DNA of 41,790 nt, taken from Octopus sinensis. Its lineage: Eukaryota. The stretch covers positions 1 through 41,790 of the forward strand of contig NW_021835881.1 of the NCBI RefSeq assembly GCF_006345805.1, in the 5' to 3' direction. The position numbers and the translations under genes were made by a program. The notes under the pieces were generated by a model. That model ran no database searches, was not told where the DNA came from, and was given only the letters and a program-made list of their open reading frames with translations. Of the stretch, positions 1 to 11,402 are shown piece after piece. The first letter of the stretch is position 1, and the number at the start of each line of letters is the position of its first letter.

Positions 1-2131
1 GTCCCCCCTCTTTTTCTTGGTACATATAGTTTGTCTGTGTCACTTATTGGGTGGAGTGTCCCACATCTAGTTAGTAAGTTCCTTGTCTTTCTGTCTAAGC
101 TGTTTAATTCGTCTACTGTCCATGCGATTACCCCTGCTCCATATCTAAGGAGTTAAACCGCCCAGATGTTGATAGCTTCGATCTTATTCCGTCCATTTAA
201 TTTCGACTTAACGATCAGTCTTAGTCTGAGCAAGCACTCCACCTTAAATTTTTCTGTCATTTCTTTCTCCATTAATTTATCCATTTCCAAAATCCCTAAG
301 CACTTATAGCCCGTCTCTTCTATCTGCTTCATAACCTTCCCCGACGGTATCGATACCCCGTCCATACATTTGATTTTTGCCTCTCTTCAAAACTAACACA
401 CCACACTGTCTCAGTCCGAACTCCATTCTGATATCAGCACTGAACGTATACACCGTATCAACGAGGAAACTGACATGGGCTTCATCCGTACCATAAAGTT
501 TGAGGTCATCCATGAATAACACTTTTTTCTGTTGGCTTTTGAATACATAACCAGCTTTTGCTTTCCTCAGAATCAGTGTTAGTGGTATCAAGCACAGTAC
601 AAAGATCAGTGGGGACAGGCAGTCCCCTTGGAAGATGTTCCTCCTAATTTCTACTGTCCCTAAGTTACTTCCAAGCAATCGCTCAACAATCGATGCAATA
701 CCAAATAGGTTCATACATACCTTTATCCAAGCGTGTGGGGTCATATCATACTCCTTATGATAGTCGATCCATGCCATGGCTAAGTTACTTTTCCTCTTCT
801 TGCAGTCTCTAAGTATAGTTTTGTCTATCAGGAGTTGATACTTGGTACCTCTGCACTTACGCTTGCAACCCTTCTGCTCTTGTGGCAGTACTCCATTTTT
901 TCCGATGTTCGTACATTGATTCTGCGAGTATTCCAGTCAATAATTTCTACATAAGTTGCAAACAGGATATCGGCCTGTATTTGTCTACCGTATTGCCTTT
1001 TTCGATATTTTTCAAGCACCGCACTGTCCTATCCAATGTCAAAACCACTCTGGTGTTACTTGGTCGGTATTTAACAAGCTGTTGAGTTGCGCAGCTATTC
1101 CTGCATGACATTCCCAAATCTTTTGATCCAGTAGCCCGGTCCCGGGGACTTCCAGTTGCTCATCTTTTTGCTGATTTCCTTCACTTCCCTAACTGAAATG
1201 ACTAGTTCTGCCTGTTTTGGACAGACTACTGTTTGTTTCAGTTCTTGCAACCATTCAGCATCCTTCTTGTGCTCTTTGTTTTTGCTCCAGATGTCACTCC
1301 AAAACCTTTGACTTTCATTGTTATCTGGTATCAACTTTTCATCTGTACACTCTCCATTTATTTCTTTATAGAATCTCTTCTGATCTAATCTGAATAACCT
1401 ATTCTGGTGATAACCCTTCATTCTTTGGTCGTATCTTATCATCTTTGCTTTCTTCGCAACGAGGCGCTGTTTCAGTTCCTCCACTACTACTTTCAGGCCC
1501 TTTCTTTCAATGTTATACTTCCTTTTCAGCGCCCTGTATTTTTGTTCGCTTTTAAGCTCCCCTTTCTCTTTTCGGTCTAACAGAAATTTCCTTCGAGAGA
1601 ATATCTAACCCTGTCTGTATTCTTCGTTTCCCCCATGGATCTTTTCTTTTGTCAATCCCATTATATTTCTTTTTCTTGACATCAACCCCCATGTTTTCTG
1701 CTATAACAATACTTGCTGCCTTGAACAAATTATTTGTTTCTCTGATGTTGTTTGTTCCGATGTATTTCAGAATATCATTGACAGTTTTGGTTTCTTGGTT
1801 CAATTTCCATCGATCAACATTTTTAAGGTTGCAAATAATGTCGCTATCGTTCTCTTGTAGTCTTACCTTTATTCTGTCGTAGATTGCCTTTTGTTCATCT
1901 GTCATGTCACCATTAGTTTTATTGTCTTCTTGTAGATCATCTATATGTCTCTCATCAAGTAAACTACCACTGCTCCTTTCCTGTGCTATGAAATTACTTT
2001 TATTAGTAAGAACTGTATTTTCATCGTTATCTCTGCTGCTATTTTCCAAGACCCATCTTTTGATAGCTTTGAGCTCTACTTCTGTGAACCAACGATTTTT
2101 TCTTATTGCTCTAACTTGATCACATAGTCTC
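1..2131 (-). mobile_element. Decayed R4/Dong-clade non-LTR retrotransposon (RT pseudo-ORF, frameshifted, runs off the window start)
   Basis: Consecutive minus-strand ORFs 1552-2133, 1095-1484, 304-777 and 153-365. RT motifs: [71 protein letters not shown]. These are typical of R4/Dong elements. Confidence 0.88.
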
Positions 2132-2145
2132 AACCACTACGCCAC

Positions 2146-2250
2146 GGGTATATGGCGTAGTGGTTAAGAGCGCAGGCTCCTAACCCCAAGATTCCGAGTT
2201 TGATTCCAGGCAGTGACATGAATACTACTACTACTACTACTACTACTACT

Positions 2251-2343
<93 letters not shown>
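2146..2343 (+). mobile_element. Short tRNA-derived SINE head with (TAC)n(TAA)n tail
   Basis: A-box TGGCGTAGTGG (2153), B-box-like GAGTTTGATTCC (~2196), followed by (TAC)n then (TAA)n at 2223-2343. Confidence 0.7.
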
Positions 2344-2344
<1 letters not shown>

Positions 2345-2442
2345 CATCAGAGCATCACAACATATCACAGCACATACCCAAGGCACACAGAGCTGCGCTC
2401 GATAGTGAAGTGAAAGCACGATATATAAAAAATATACTACTG

Positions 2443-2474
<32 letters not shown>

Positions 2475-2508
2475 TATAATAATGATAATGATGATGATGA
2501 TGATGATG

Positions 2509-2573
<65 letters not shown>
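2341..2573 (+). mobile_element. ~100-bp 3'-terminal fragment of a TAA-tailed LINE (probably R4/Dong 3'UTR) plus (TAA/TGA)n tail
   Basis: Unique segment sandwiched between two (TAA)n tracts and ending ...ATACTACTGA(TAA)n. The family call rests on recalled similarity and Dong target preference. Confidence 0.4.
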
Positions 2574-2575
<2 letters not shown>

Positions 2576-2610
2576 CTTGGAATGATAACCCAGGTTCGAA
2601 ATTTCCCCAA

Positions 2611-2656
2611 GACACCTGATGAAGGTTGGAAGGTATATCAACCGAAACATTTTGTT
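2611..2656 (+). ncRNA. Decayed minimal type I hammerhead-like motif
   Basis: GACAC-CUGAUGA-A-GGUUGG(aagguaua)UCAACC-GAA-ACAU-U-UUGUU. Core is intact; stem III and stem I are each one substitution from paired. Confidence 0.45.
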
Positions 2657-2899
2657 AACAACAAACAACATGAGGACAAATATCCGTCAAATGTAAATAA
2701 TGTAAGAGACATTATTGTTCATAAATCTCGCAACGAGAGATATTAGGTAGCAATACTTTAAAGTAACAATTATTTGCCAACCTAATGTGGCAGTCCCGTT
2801 TGAGACGAATGCTACTTTTGTTTAGCACCAGGAGACATCGTCTCCAGCTGGCTATACGATATACGATCTGTGTCCTTATATTTTTGAATGGGAGAGCTC

Positions 2900-3600
2900 A
2901 GCATCCCTTCCCAGCACACTTGCTCACACCCTGCCGCAGGAAAGGCGCCAGAAACATCATCACCAAGGGAAGGCAACAGCAGCAATTAAGTTCGTGAAAG
3001 AAGGGGAGAGAGAGAGAGAGCAGTGAAATCAGCAAACATAATACATAGCTTGCAGGAAGGCTCTTAACCATGGGATATAACCATGGGATATGAAAGTGGA
3101 CCTGGGGGAAGAGATTGTAGTTTCCCCAGATTGTCCATACAACCCTGAGTCCAGATTTGGTGCTGTGGTCTGAAAAGGCCAAGGAAGTTATCGTAATTGA
3201 ACTAACAGTCCCGTATGAAGAGAGATGTGACGAGTCCCATGAACAGAAGGGTACCAGATATGAGATCTTTCTGCAGGATTGCAGGGAGAAGGAATAGTAG
3301 AAGTGGCTTTTCCCAGACGAGGGTGGCCCTAAGGGATTCCCTGCTCAGTCGGCATGGATGATGCTTACAACAATTGGAATGGGAGATAAGGAGCGAATCG
3401 TGACAGTGCGCAGGATAGAAGAGGCAGATGAAAGAGCCTCTTGTTGGCTTTAGAGTAAGTGGAAGCCAGGAGGAGATGAGGAGCAGGGACTTGACCACCT
3501 CTGCGACCCACCAAAGGGAGGGTATTACGGTTCAGGGTCGAAACACCCGAAGAACGTTGGATACCGTCTGGTGACATCAGTTCCTTCTGACCAAGGCTCC
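2900..3600 (+). mobile_element. HERO-like (R2 group) non-LTR retrotransposon 3' fragment with restriction-like endonuclease, disabled
   Basis: The frame starting at 3121 reads FPQIVHTTLSPDLVLWSEKAKEVIVIELTVPYEERCDESHEQKGTRYE (PD...ELTVPxE...K..Y RLE signature). Upstream IKFVKEGE, downstream ERASCWL. In-frame stops present. Confidence 0.8.
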
Positions 3601-3615
3601 ATTCACTTATAGGTT

Positions 3616-3648
<33 letters not shown>

Positions 3649-4050
3649 ACTATAAGAATAAGTATGCATACATACACACACTTACACACACATATACATA
3701 TGAATATATACACATATACATACATACACGCGCGCGCGCGCGCGCACACACACCACACACACACACTGACGAATACTTATTAGCGTTGCTTAAATGAATG
3801 ATAAACTAAACTGATGGTTGAACATGAATTATATTCAATTGTTTAGTCAAAATAATAAGATATATTTTCATTATTTTTAATCGTCTGAGTTTAAATAGGA
3901 AAATTTCTAGTTTGTTTATTTCACTTGTAAAAAGCATCAATAATGTGATACACAAACGTCACTTAATTTCAGATCATTTAAAGTAAATAAAAATTTTAAT
4001 ATACTTAACTTCCCGAATAAGTAAAATTTTATATGATGTTCTCGATAAAG

Positions 4051-4255
4051 CGGCGAGCTGGCAGAGTGGTTAGCATGCCGAAAGAAATGCTTAGCAGTTG
4101 TCCTTTACGCTTTGTATTCTGGGTTCACATTCCGCCGAGGTTGACTTTGCCTTTCATCCAGTTGATAAAGAAAGTACAAGTTCAGCACTGGAGTCAACTA
4201 ATTCCTTTCTCTTCACCACTTACTAAGTTTCAGGCTTTGTGTCTATAATACAAAG
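4051..4255 (+). mobile_element. tRNA-derived SINE, family A (diverged)
   Basis: GCGGCGAGCTGGCAGA...TTCCGCCGAGGTTGACTTTGCCTTTCATCC; matches the copy at 23376. Confidence 0.75.
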
Positions 4256-4259
4256 GGTA

Positions 4260-4470
4260 GGTGCAAGTGTGGCTGTGCGTTAAGAAGCTTGCTTCACAGC
4301 CACATGGTCACACCTTCAGCAAATGCCTTCAACTGTAGCCTCGGGTTGACCAATGTCTTGTGAGTGGATTTGATAGACAGAAACTGAAAGAAACTCGTCC
4401 TATGTGTGTGCTTGTGTGCGTGCGTGTGTATTTGTCACCTCTCCACCGTTTGATATCCGGTGCTGGTGTT
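4260..4470 (+). mobile_element. tRNA-derived SINE, family B (diverged, partial)
   Basis: GTGGCTGTGCGTTAAGAAGCTTGC...TTGTGAGTGGATTTG...AAACTGAAAGAA; same family as the copy at 33144. Confidence 0.75.
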
Positions 4471-4569
4471 CCCGGACAAGTGAAATTTCTCAGAACAGAA
4501 TCATTTCTTTAAAGCATTGGATCTAGAAGTCTGATTGCCTCATTACCTAGAATTTCTTCTCATTTTCTT

Positions 4570-4945
4570 GGCGCAGGAGTGGCTGTGTGGTAAGTAGCTT
4601 GCTTACCAACCACATAGTTCCGGGTTTAGTCCCACTGCGTGGCACTTTGGGAAAATGTCTTCTAAAGAAGCCCGTCGCATATAATATATATATATATATA
4701 TATATACATATTGGTGTGTGTGTGTGTGTGTGTTTGTGTGTCTATGTTTGTGCCCCCAACATCGCTTGACAACGGATGCTGGTGTGTTTACGTCCCTGTA
4801 ACTTAGCGGTTCGGCAAAAAAGACCGATAGAATAAGTACTAGGCTTACAAAGTCCTGGAGTCGATTTGCTCGGCTAAAGGTGGTTCTCCAGCATGGCTGC
4901 AGTCAAATGACTGAAACAAGTAAAAGAGTAAAAGAGTAAAGAGAG
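4570..4945 (+). mobile_element. tRNA-derived SINE, family B (internal deletion, internal TA/GT microsatellite)
   Basis: Head GGCGCAGGAGTGGCTGTGTGGTAAGTAGC; 3' end CAGTCAAATGACTGAAACAAG(TAAAAGAG)n. Confidence 0.85.
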
Positions 4946-5099
4946 AGTGTTCTATTATCGGTTTCAGGTAGAGGATGTGGCCATGCTGGAGCATTGCAAT
5001 TAGAGCTAATTCTTGCTTATTTACAACTTATTTCCTGGTTTTATTTCCGGAACCTATCCTGGTGATGTAGTGATCCGCCTTTCTTTGTGTTTCGTGCTG

Positions 5100-5390
5100 T
5101 GATAGGAGTTCAGCTTATCTATCAGATGCACGTCAGGTGGCTTCACAAAAGGTATCTCGTTCATGAAACGTGGTTTCATCTGATTATTCTTCGAACACAT
5201 CCGTATATACACGTCGTACGTTTCTGAGATTGTTTGCCCGAATGTTGAAAAGATGCGAGCCTTTGAACCCTAAGCTGTTACAGTATTGGGTTCTTACACT
5301 GGACGAAGAGGGTATAATCTTCTGTACTATGCAGTGGCGTTCAGTTCGGTGACTGGTATAGTTGTGTACTAGATCCTCTAGGATCACACA
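5100..5390 (-). mobile_element. Decayed C-terminal fragment of a CR1/L2-group LINE ORF2 (second copy ~6760-7050)
   Basis: ILEDLVHN...RTERHCIV...RTQYCNSLGFKGSHLFNIRANNLR...DVF resembles the 'GPxLFNxLPxxLR...FK' C-terminal motif of CR1/L2-group ORF2. Confidence 0.6.
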
Positions 5391-5432
5391 AACTCACGCA
5401 CACACACGTGCGCATGCGCACTCATATACATA

Positions 5433-5805
5433 GGTGCAGGCCTGGCTGTGTGGTTAGAAGCTTGCCTCCCAACCACATGGTTTTGGGTTCAGTCTCACTG
5501 CGTGGGACCTTGGGCAAGTGTCTCCTATTATAGCCTCGATCCAACCAAAGCCTTGTGAGTGTATTTGGTAGATGGAAACTGAAAGAAGCCCGACATACAC
5601 ACACACACACACATACATATATATATATCTTTATGTTTGTACTTGCCACCCACCCCCAACGCTTGACAACTGGTAAATAAGCGCATCGGCAAAAAGGAAC
5701 CGACAGAATAAGTACTAGGCTTTAAAAAAATAAGTCATAGATCGATTTGTTCTACCAAGGTGATGCTACAGTATGGCCGCAGTCAAAAGACTGAAACAGG
5801 TAAAG
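5433..5805 (+). mobile_element. tRNA-derived SINE, family B (duplicated at ~7093-7472)
   Basis: TGGCTGTGTGG A-box, GGGTTCAGTC B-box, TTGGGCAAGTGTCT core, GCAGTCAAAAGACTGAAAC end. Confidence 0.85.
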
Positions 5806-7907
5806 GTAAGTGATAATATATATATACCTGCATTTTTTCGCGTCTTTTTTCAGTGAATAGCCCCTTCCAAGCGTCCGTCTGCTATAGAACTTTATTTAAT
5901 ATCTTGGAATACACATGTCAATGCGTTTTATAAGTTTTCTGTCAGGCTTCGGGTCAATCAAAGCCCTGGGGTTAAACAGGGAAGACAAAAAAAACGTTGT
6001 GAAAGGCTGTCGGATGGAATTTTACCCGTAATTGAAAAGTCCTGTTTTGTCACATGCACTCTGTGTTGCAATGATTCTGGCTATGAATACGAATCATGAT
6101 TGAGTCACGCGGCCATGTTAACATTACATGTTAATGCAAAACGTAGTTAATTCTCTTGATCAAACAGCTGAATAGTCATCGTCGAAATTGGTGGAGATCA
6201 ATTTGTACATAAACACACACACAACACACATAATCGTGTGTGTATATATATATATATATGTGTGGTGTGTGGTGTATATATATATATATATATATATTAT
6301 ATACATATATATATAACACACACACATATGTATATGCATATATATATATATAATATATATATATATACATATTGGTGTGTGTGTGTGTGTGTGTTTGTGT
6401 GTCTATGTTTGTGCCCCCAACATCGCTTGAAACGGATGCTGGTGTGTTTACGTCCCTGTAACTTAGCGGTTCGGCAAAAAAGACCGATAGAATAAGTACT
6501 AGGCTTACAAAGTCCTGGAGTCGATTTGCTCGGCTAAAGTGGTTCTCCAGCATGGCTGCAGTCAAATGACTGAAACAAGTAAAAGAGTAAAAGAGTAAAG
6601 AGAGAGTGTTCTATTATCGGTTTCAGGTAGAGGATGTGGCCATGCTGGAGCATTGCAATTAGAGCTAATTCTTGCTTATTTACAACTTATTTCCTGGTTT
6701 TATTTCCGGAACCTATCCTGGTGATGTAGTGATCCGCCTTTCTTTGTGTTTCGTGCTGTGATAGGAGTTCAGCTTATCTATCAGATGCCACGTCAGGTGG
6801 CTTCACAAAAGGTATCTCGTTCATGAAACGTGGTTTCATCTGATTATTCTTCGAACACATCCGTATATACACGTCGTACGTTTCTGAGATTGTTTGCCCG
6901 AATGTTGAAAAGATGCGAGCCTTTGAACCCTAAGCTGTTACAGTATTGGGTTCTTACACTGGACGAAGAGGGTATAATCTTCTGTACTATGCAGTGGCGT
7001 TCAGTTCGGTGACTGGTATAGTTGTGTACTAGATCCTCTAGGATCACACAAACTCACGCACACACACGTGCGCATGCGCACTCATATACATAGGTGCAGG
7101 CTGGCTGTGTGGTTAGAAGCTTGCCTCCCAACCACATGGTTTTGGGTTCAGTCTCACTGCGTGGGACCTTGGGCAAGTGTCTCCTATTATAGCCTCGATC
7201 CAACCAAAGCCTTGTGAGTGTATTTGGTAGATGGAAACTGAAAGAAAGAAGCCCGACATACACACACACACACACACATACATATATATATATCTTTATG
7301 TTTGTACTTGCCACCCACCCCCAACGCTTGACAACTGGTAAATAAGCGCATCGGCAAAAAGGAACCGACAGAATAAGTACTAGGCTTTAAAAAAATAAGT
7401 CATAGATCGATTTGTTCTACCAAGGTGATGCTACAGTATGGCCGCAGTCAAAAGACTGAAACAGGTAAAAGGTAAGTGATAATATATATATACCTGCATT
7501 TTTTCGCGTCTTTTTTCCAGTGAATAGCCCCTTCCAAGCGTCCGTCTGCTATAGAACTTTATTTAATATCTTGGAATACACATGTCAATGCGTCTTTATA
7601 AGTTTTCTGTCAGGCTTCGGGTCAATCAAAGCCCTGGGGTTAAACAGGGAAGACAAAAACGTTGTGAAAGGCTGTCGGATGGAATTTTACCCGTAATTGA
7701 AAAGTCCTGTTTTGTCACATGCACTCTGTGTTGCAATGATTCTGGCTATGAATACGAATCATGATTGAGTCACGCGGCCATGTTAACATTACATGTTAAT
7801 GCAAAACGTAGTTAATTCTCTTGATCAAACAGCTGAATAGTCATCGTCGAAATTGGTGGAGATCAATTTGTACATAAACACACACACAACACACATAATC
7901 GTGTGTG

Positions 7908-7973
<66 letters not shown>

Positions 7974-8102
7974 TATATAACACACACACATATGTATATG
8001 CATATATATATATATATAATTAGATGTGTATGTGTGTGTATATGTATATGGATATAAATTCATGCATTTATATATGTATATATGTATGTGCATATATACA
8101 TG

Positions 8103-8152
<50 letters not shown>

Positions 8153-8195
8153 TATTATATACATGTATATATATATATATTATATATATATATAC

Positions 8196-8231
<36 letters not shown>

Positions 8232-8525
8232 TGTATGTATGTATGTACGTGCGTATGTGTATTATAAGAATGTACGAGGGCGCCATGAGACGATAAAACT
8301 TGCAAGCTTTTTGTAAACATAAATTCAATAGCGCAGGGGAAACGTATTAATAGATATTTATAGAAAGCGAGGTTAACTTGTATTGACGTAGGAATGATTG
8401 AACATGATTGTTTACTTACTCAATAGGGTTTCTAACAAAATTTGATCTATCTTGCTTCACGTTTGTTTGCTATCGCCTTGACATTCACTCGGTCTCTTTT
8501 ACACGAAAACATATATTTACAAATG

Positions 8526-8605
8526 ATTTCAGATGCATCCAGTTTTTGCCGATTATTAACACATGCTCACGTACGGATAGTCCCCACATAAGTCAACTTT
8601 ATATT
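8526..8605. repeat. Dispersed repeat segment, second copy at ~13427-13505
   Basis: ATTTCAGATGCA...GATTATTAACACATGCTCACGTAC.GATAG.CCCC..ATAA.TCA.CTTTATATTA is present at both sites. Confidence 0.75.
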
Positions 8606-8805
8606 ATTTATATATGTAAATAGAGTGACATTATAGACAGACAGACAATTATATATATATATATAATATATATATATTATATATATATATATATATATAT
8701 GAGTAGGAGAGATATATACAAATATACTGAGACAATCACATAAGCAGATTCACACACACACACACCACACACACGCATATATATATATGTATATATATAT
8801 ATGTG

Positions 8806-8860
<55 letters not shown>

Positions 8861-9213
8861 TACAAAGTTGCAGAGGGAAGTCACACAGACAGATAGGTAC
8901 ACATACACACGCACACACACACACATACACACATAAAACTATATAGACAGGCAGACCAACAGACAGACAGAGACAGACAGTCAGGCAGACAGACGGACAG
9001 ACAGACAGATAGATTGATAGATAGATATATAGATAGATAGACTGACAAATTAACATGTAGAAGGATTTTTTTTTAGTTTCAGCTCAGAGCTGCGGCCATG
9101 CAGATGCACCGCCGTTGATATATATATATATGGAATATACATGGATATGTATATACCGCATCACCACCCCTCCAAATTAAGAGTTATTGCAATCAATAAG
9201 GGAGCCTCTACAC

Positions 9214-9418
9214 CAGGTATTCTCAAACAGGGTCCATATAAGAATCTTTTAAGAGCCCATAGTCCAACATATACAAGTGAATTTGTATATAACAAAATAG
9301 GAATTTTGAAAGAAGTTCCTATAAAACTAGTTTTTAAACATCAAAATGGTTGTGGGGTCCACCAGAATAAAATAGTAATCAAAGGGATCCATAGATAGAA
9401 AATGGTTGAGAACCCCTT
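9214..9418. mobile_element. hAT-superfamily (Charlie-like) MITE
   Basis: Termini CAGGTATTCTCAA / TTGAGAACCCCTT with an exact 8-bp TSD CTCTACAC (9206-9213 and 9419-9426). Confidence 0.85.
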
Positions 9419-9534
9419 CTCTACACAGTTCTTTGATGTATTAGAGATTGCAGCCAAACCTCCCTCAAATTGCACATCTTCCATAACAAGGAGGCATAGT
9501 GGATTTTGTCATCCTAGATATTATAATATAAAAT

Positions 9535-9565
<31 letters not shown>

Positions 9566-9578
9566 GCAGCAGCAGCAG

Positions 9579-9609
<31 letters not shown>

Positions 9610-9628
9610 AATAATAATAATAATAATA

Positions 9629-9663
<35 letters not shown>

Positions 9664-10230
9664 TCCCTGATGCAGTACCAGGCAGTGGCTATGCCCTTGA
9701 TGCAGTACCAGGCAGTGGCTGTCGTGGCTTCTGATCTTAACTGATTGGAAGTGTTATCATGTACATTGTTTTGTCTTGGTATAAAAGATGGGCTACAGCA
9801 AATATTCTGCTCAATACAACAGATTTGCTTGTTAGTTGTTTGACCTTAACCAGTTTGACCTTAGTGGCTGACGATATGTGCATCTCTGATCACGAGCAGA
9901 AGTAGTGGGGGAGCATGCGTTGAGATGGATTCTTTGGGGTTTTAATAATTCATCTCTGGAAACATGAGTGTTTCGTTCAACATCCTTAAACAACCCTTAT
10001 TCAGAGATTTTTTGAGCAGGATGGGTTACTCGACCGGAAGAAAATTCTAACTTGGCCCCACCTGCAAGGTCATGTGCTGTTTATCTTGATATGAGATCAC
10101 CATGTCATGCACATATGGTTGTGATGCATGTACCTAATGTACCCTTATCAGACGTGTAGTCATGATGGGTATACTGGGCTTTGTATATTTTACCCCAGTG
10201 TCTTTGATGGCATGCACTGCTCTCTCACTC
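9664..10230. mobile_element. Unclassified ~570-bp insertion embedded in (TAA)n
   Basis: Flanked by (CAA/CAG)n(TAA)n on the left and (TAA)n on the right. Starts with a duplicated TGATGCAGTACCAGGCAGTGGCT. No recognisable protein motif. Confidence 0.45.
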
Positions 10231-10261
10231 AATAATAATAATAATAATAATAATAATAATC

Positions 10262-10640
10262 CTTTCTACTAAAGGCACAAGGCCTGAAATTTGGGGGAGG
10301 GGGATATCGCTTACATCGACCGCAGTACGTAACTGGTACTTATTTTATCGAGCCCGAAGGATAAAAGGCAAAGTTGACCTCGGCGGAATTTGAACTCAGA
10401 GCGTTAAGACGGACGAAATACTGTTTAACATCTTGCCTGGCATGCTAGCTAGCTTTTCTGCCAGCTTACGCCTTAATAAAAATAAGAATATAGTTCAAAA
10501 TATAGTTCAAAATTTGGGCACAAGGCCAACAGTTACCGTGGGATGGGATAGTAAGTCGATTACAGTGACCCCAATGCTCGACTGGTACTTATTTTTTGAC
10601 CCCGAAAGGACGAAAAGCAAAGTCGACTCCGGCAATATTT
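10262..10640 (-). mobile_element. Two tandem partial copies of SINE family A
   Basis: GGCACAAGGCC...CTGGTACTTATTTT...CCCGAA(A)GGA..AAA.GCAAAGT.GAC appears twice (~10262-10472 and ~10505-10640). Confidence 0.75.
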
Positions 10641-10879
10641 TACAGTTGATCTTCACGTCAGAACGATCAGAACCTAACCAAGGGCTAAAGAACAAGAGAC
10701 ACTGTAGATTCCCCTAACTACGCGAGCCGAAAGAACAATGAAGATAATAAATTATGAATCATGTGTTCATAAATCGTCAGAATGCTTTTAACATATCATC
10801 GCAGGGCATTCACCTGTTAAGAGGTGAGAAGTAAAAACTGCTGAGGCTTATAGTGCTGTGATTGAATTTTCCTCACATA

Positions 10880-11160
10880 TCTATGCGGCTGTGGAATCCT
10901 TCCATCTATCTTCCTCTGTTTCCCATTACTTGTAAACATGGCCCCGAGATGCTTCAACTTCTCCAGTTCGATTCGTGATGTTCCACTAACGTTCCGAGTG
11001 CACTTTATCTTGAGATAAATGTCTCAGTCTTTGCAACTTTAACTCTCATCTCTGCTTCTTGGCGCTCGATAGTGAACCCATTTAGTGCATGCAGGAGTTC
11101 ATCTTCAAATGAGCCGTGTAGCACCATGTCGTCTGCAAATATCAGCCGACCGAGCCTACA
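10880..11160 (-). mobile_element. Decayed RTE-clade LINE reverse transcriptase fragment
   Basis: Reverse frame reads CRLGRLIFADDMVLHGSFEDELLHALNGFTIERQEAEMRVKVAKTE (FADD catalytic motif, KTE motif). Not in the ORF track. Confidence 0.75.
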
Positions 11161-11166
11161 GTTCTA

Positions 11167-11304
11167 GGTGAATTCGTCTACAATTCATCTACGACAATTT
11201 ATCTGTGGCTGCCTGTGTGTATGTGTGGTTGTATGTGTGTGTGTGATTGTATGTGTGTGCGTGTGTGGTTGTATGTATGTGTGTGTGGTTTTGTGTGTGT
11301 GTGT

Positions 11305-11338
<34 letters not shown>

Positions 11339-11402
11339 TGTGTGTGCGTGTGTGTCTCCGTGTGTGCGTGGTTGTAGATGAATTGTTGTAGACAAATTCG
11401 CC
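11167..11402. mobile_element. MITE-like element: ~30-bp inverted repeats enclosing a degenerate (GT)n tract
   Basis: Left GGTGAATTCGTCTACAATTCATCTAC; right GTAGATGAATTGTTGTAGACAAATTCGCC. Confidence 0.55.

Larger units (their letters stand above)
4690..8020. repeat. Direct tandem duplication of ~1.66 kb (2 copies)
   Basis: Identical ORFs at 5170/6830 and 5184/6844 (period 1660). Copies differ almost only by small indels; breakpoints lie in (TA)n. Confidence 0.95.

Noticed and set aside
3766-3800. CTGACGA word
   Set aside because: No stem II or downstream GAAA at a compatible position.
8272-8310. TACGAGGG, a mariner-like TIR start
   Set aside because: No matching opposite TIR or transposase sequence nearby.
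9868-9905. CTGACGA word in the TAA-embedded insert
   Set aside because: No GAAA-stem III-stem I arrangement.
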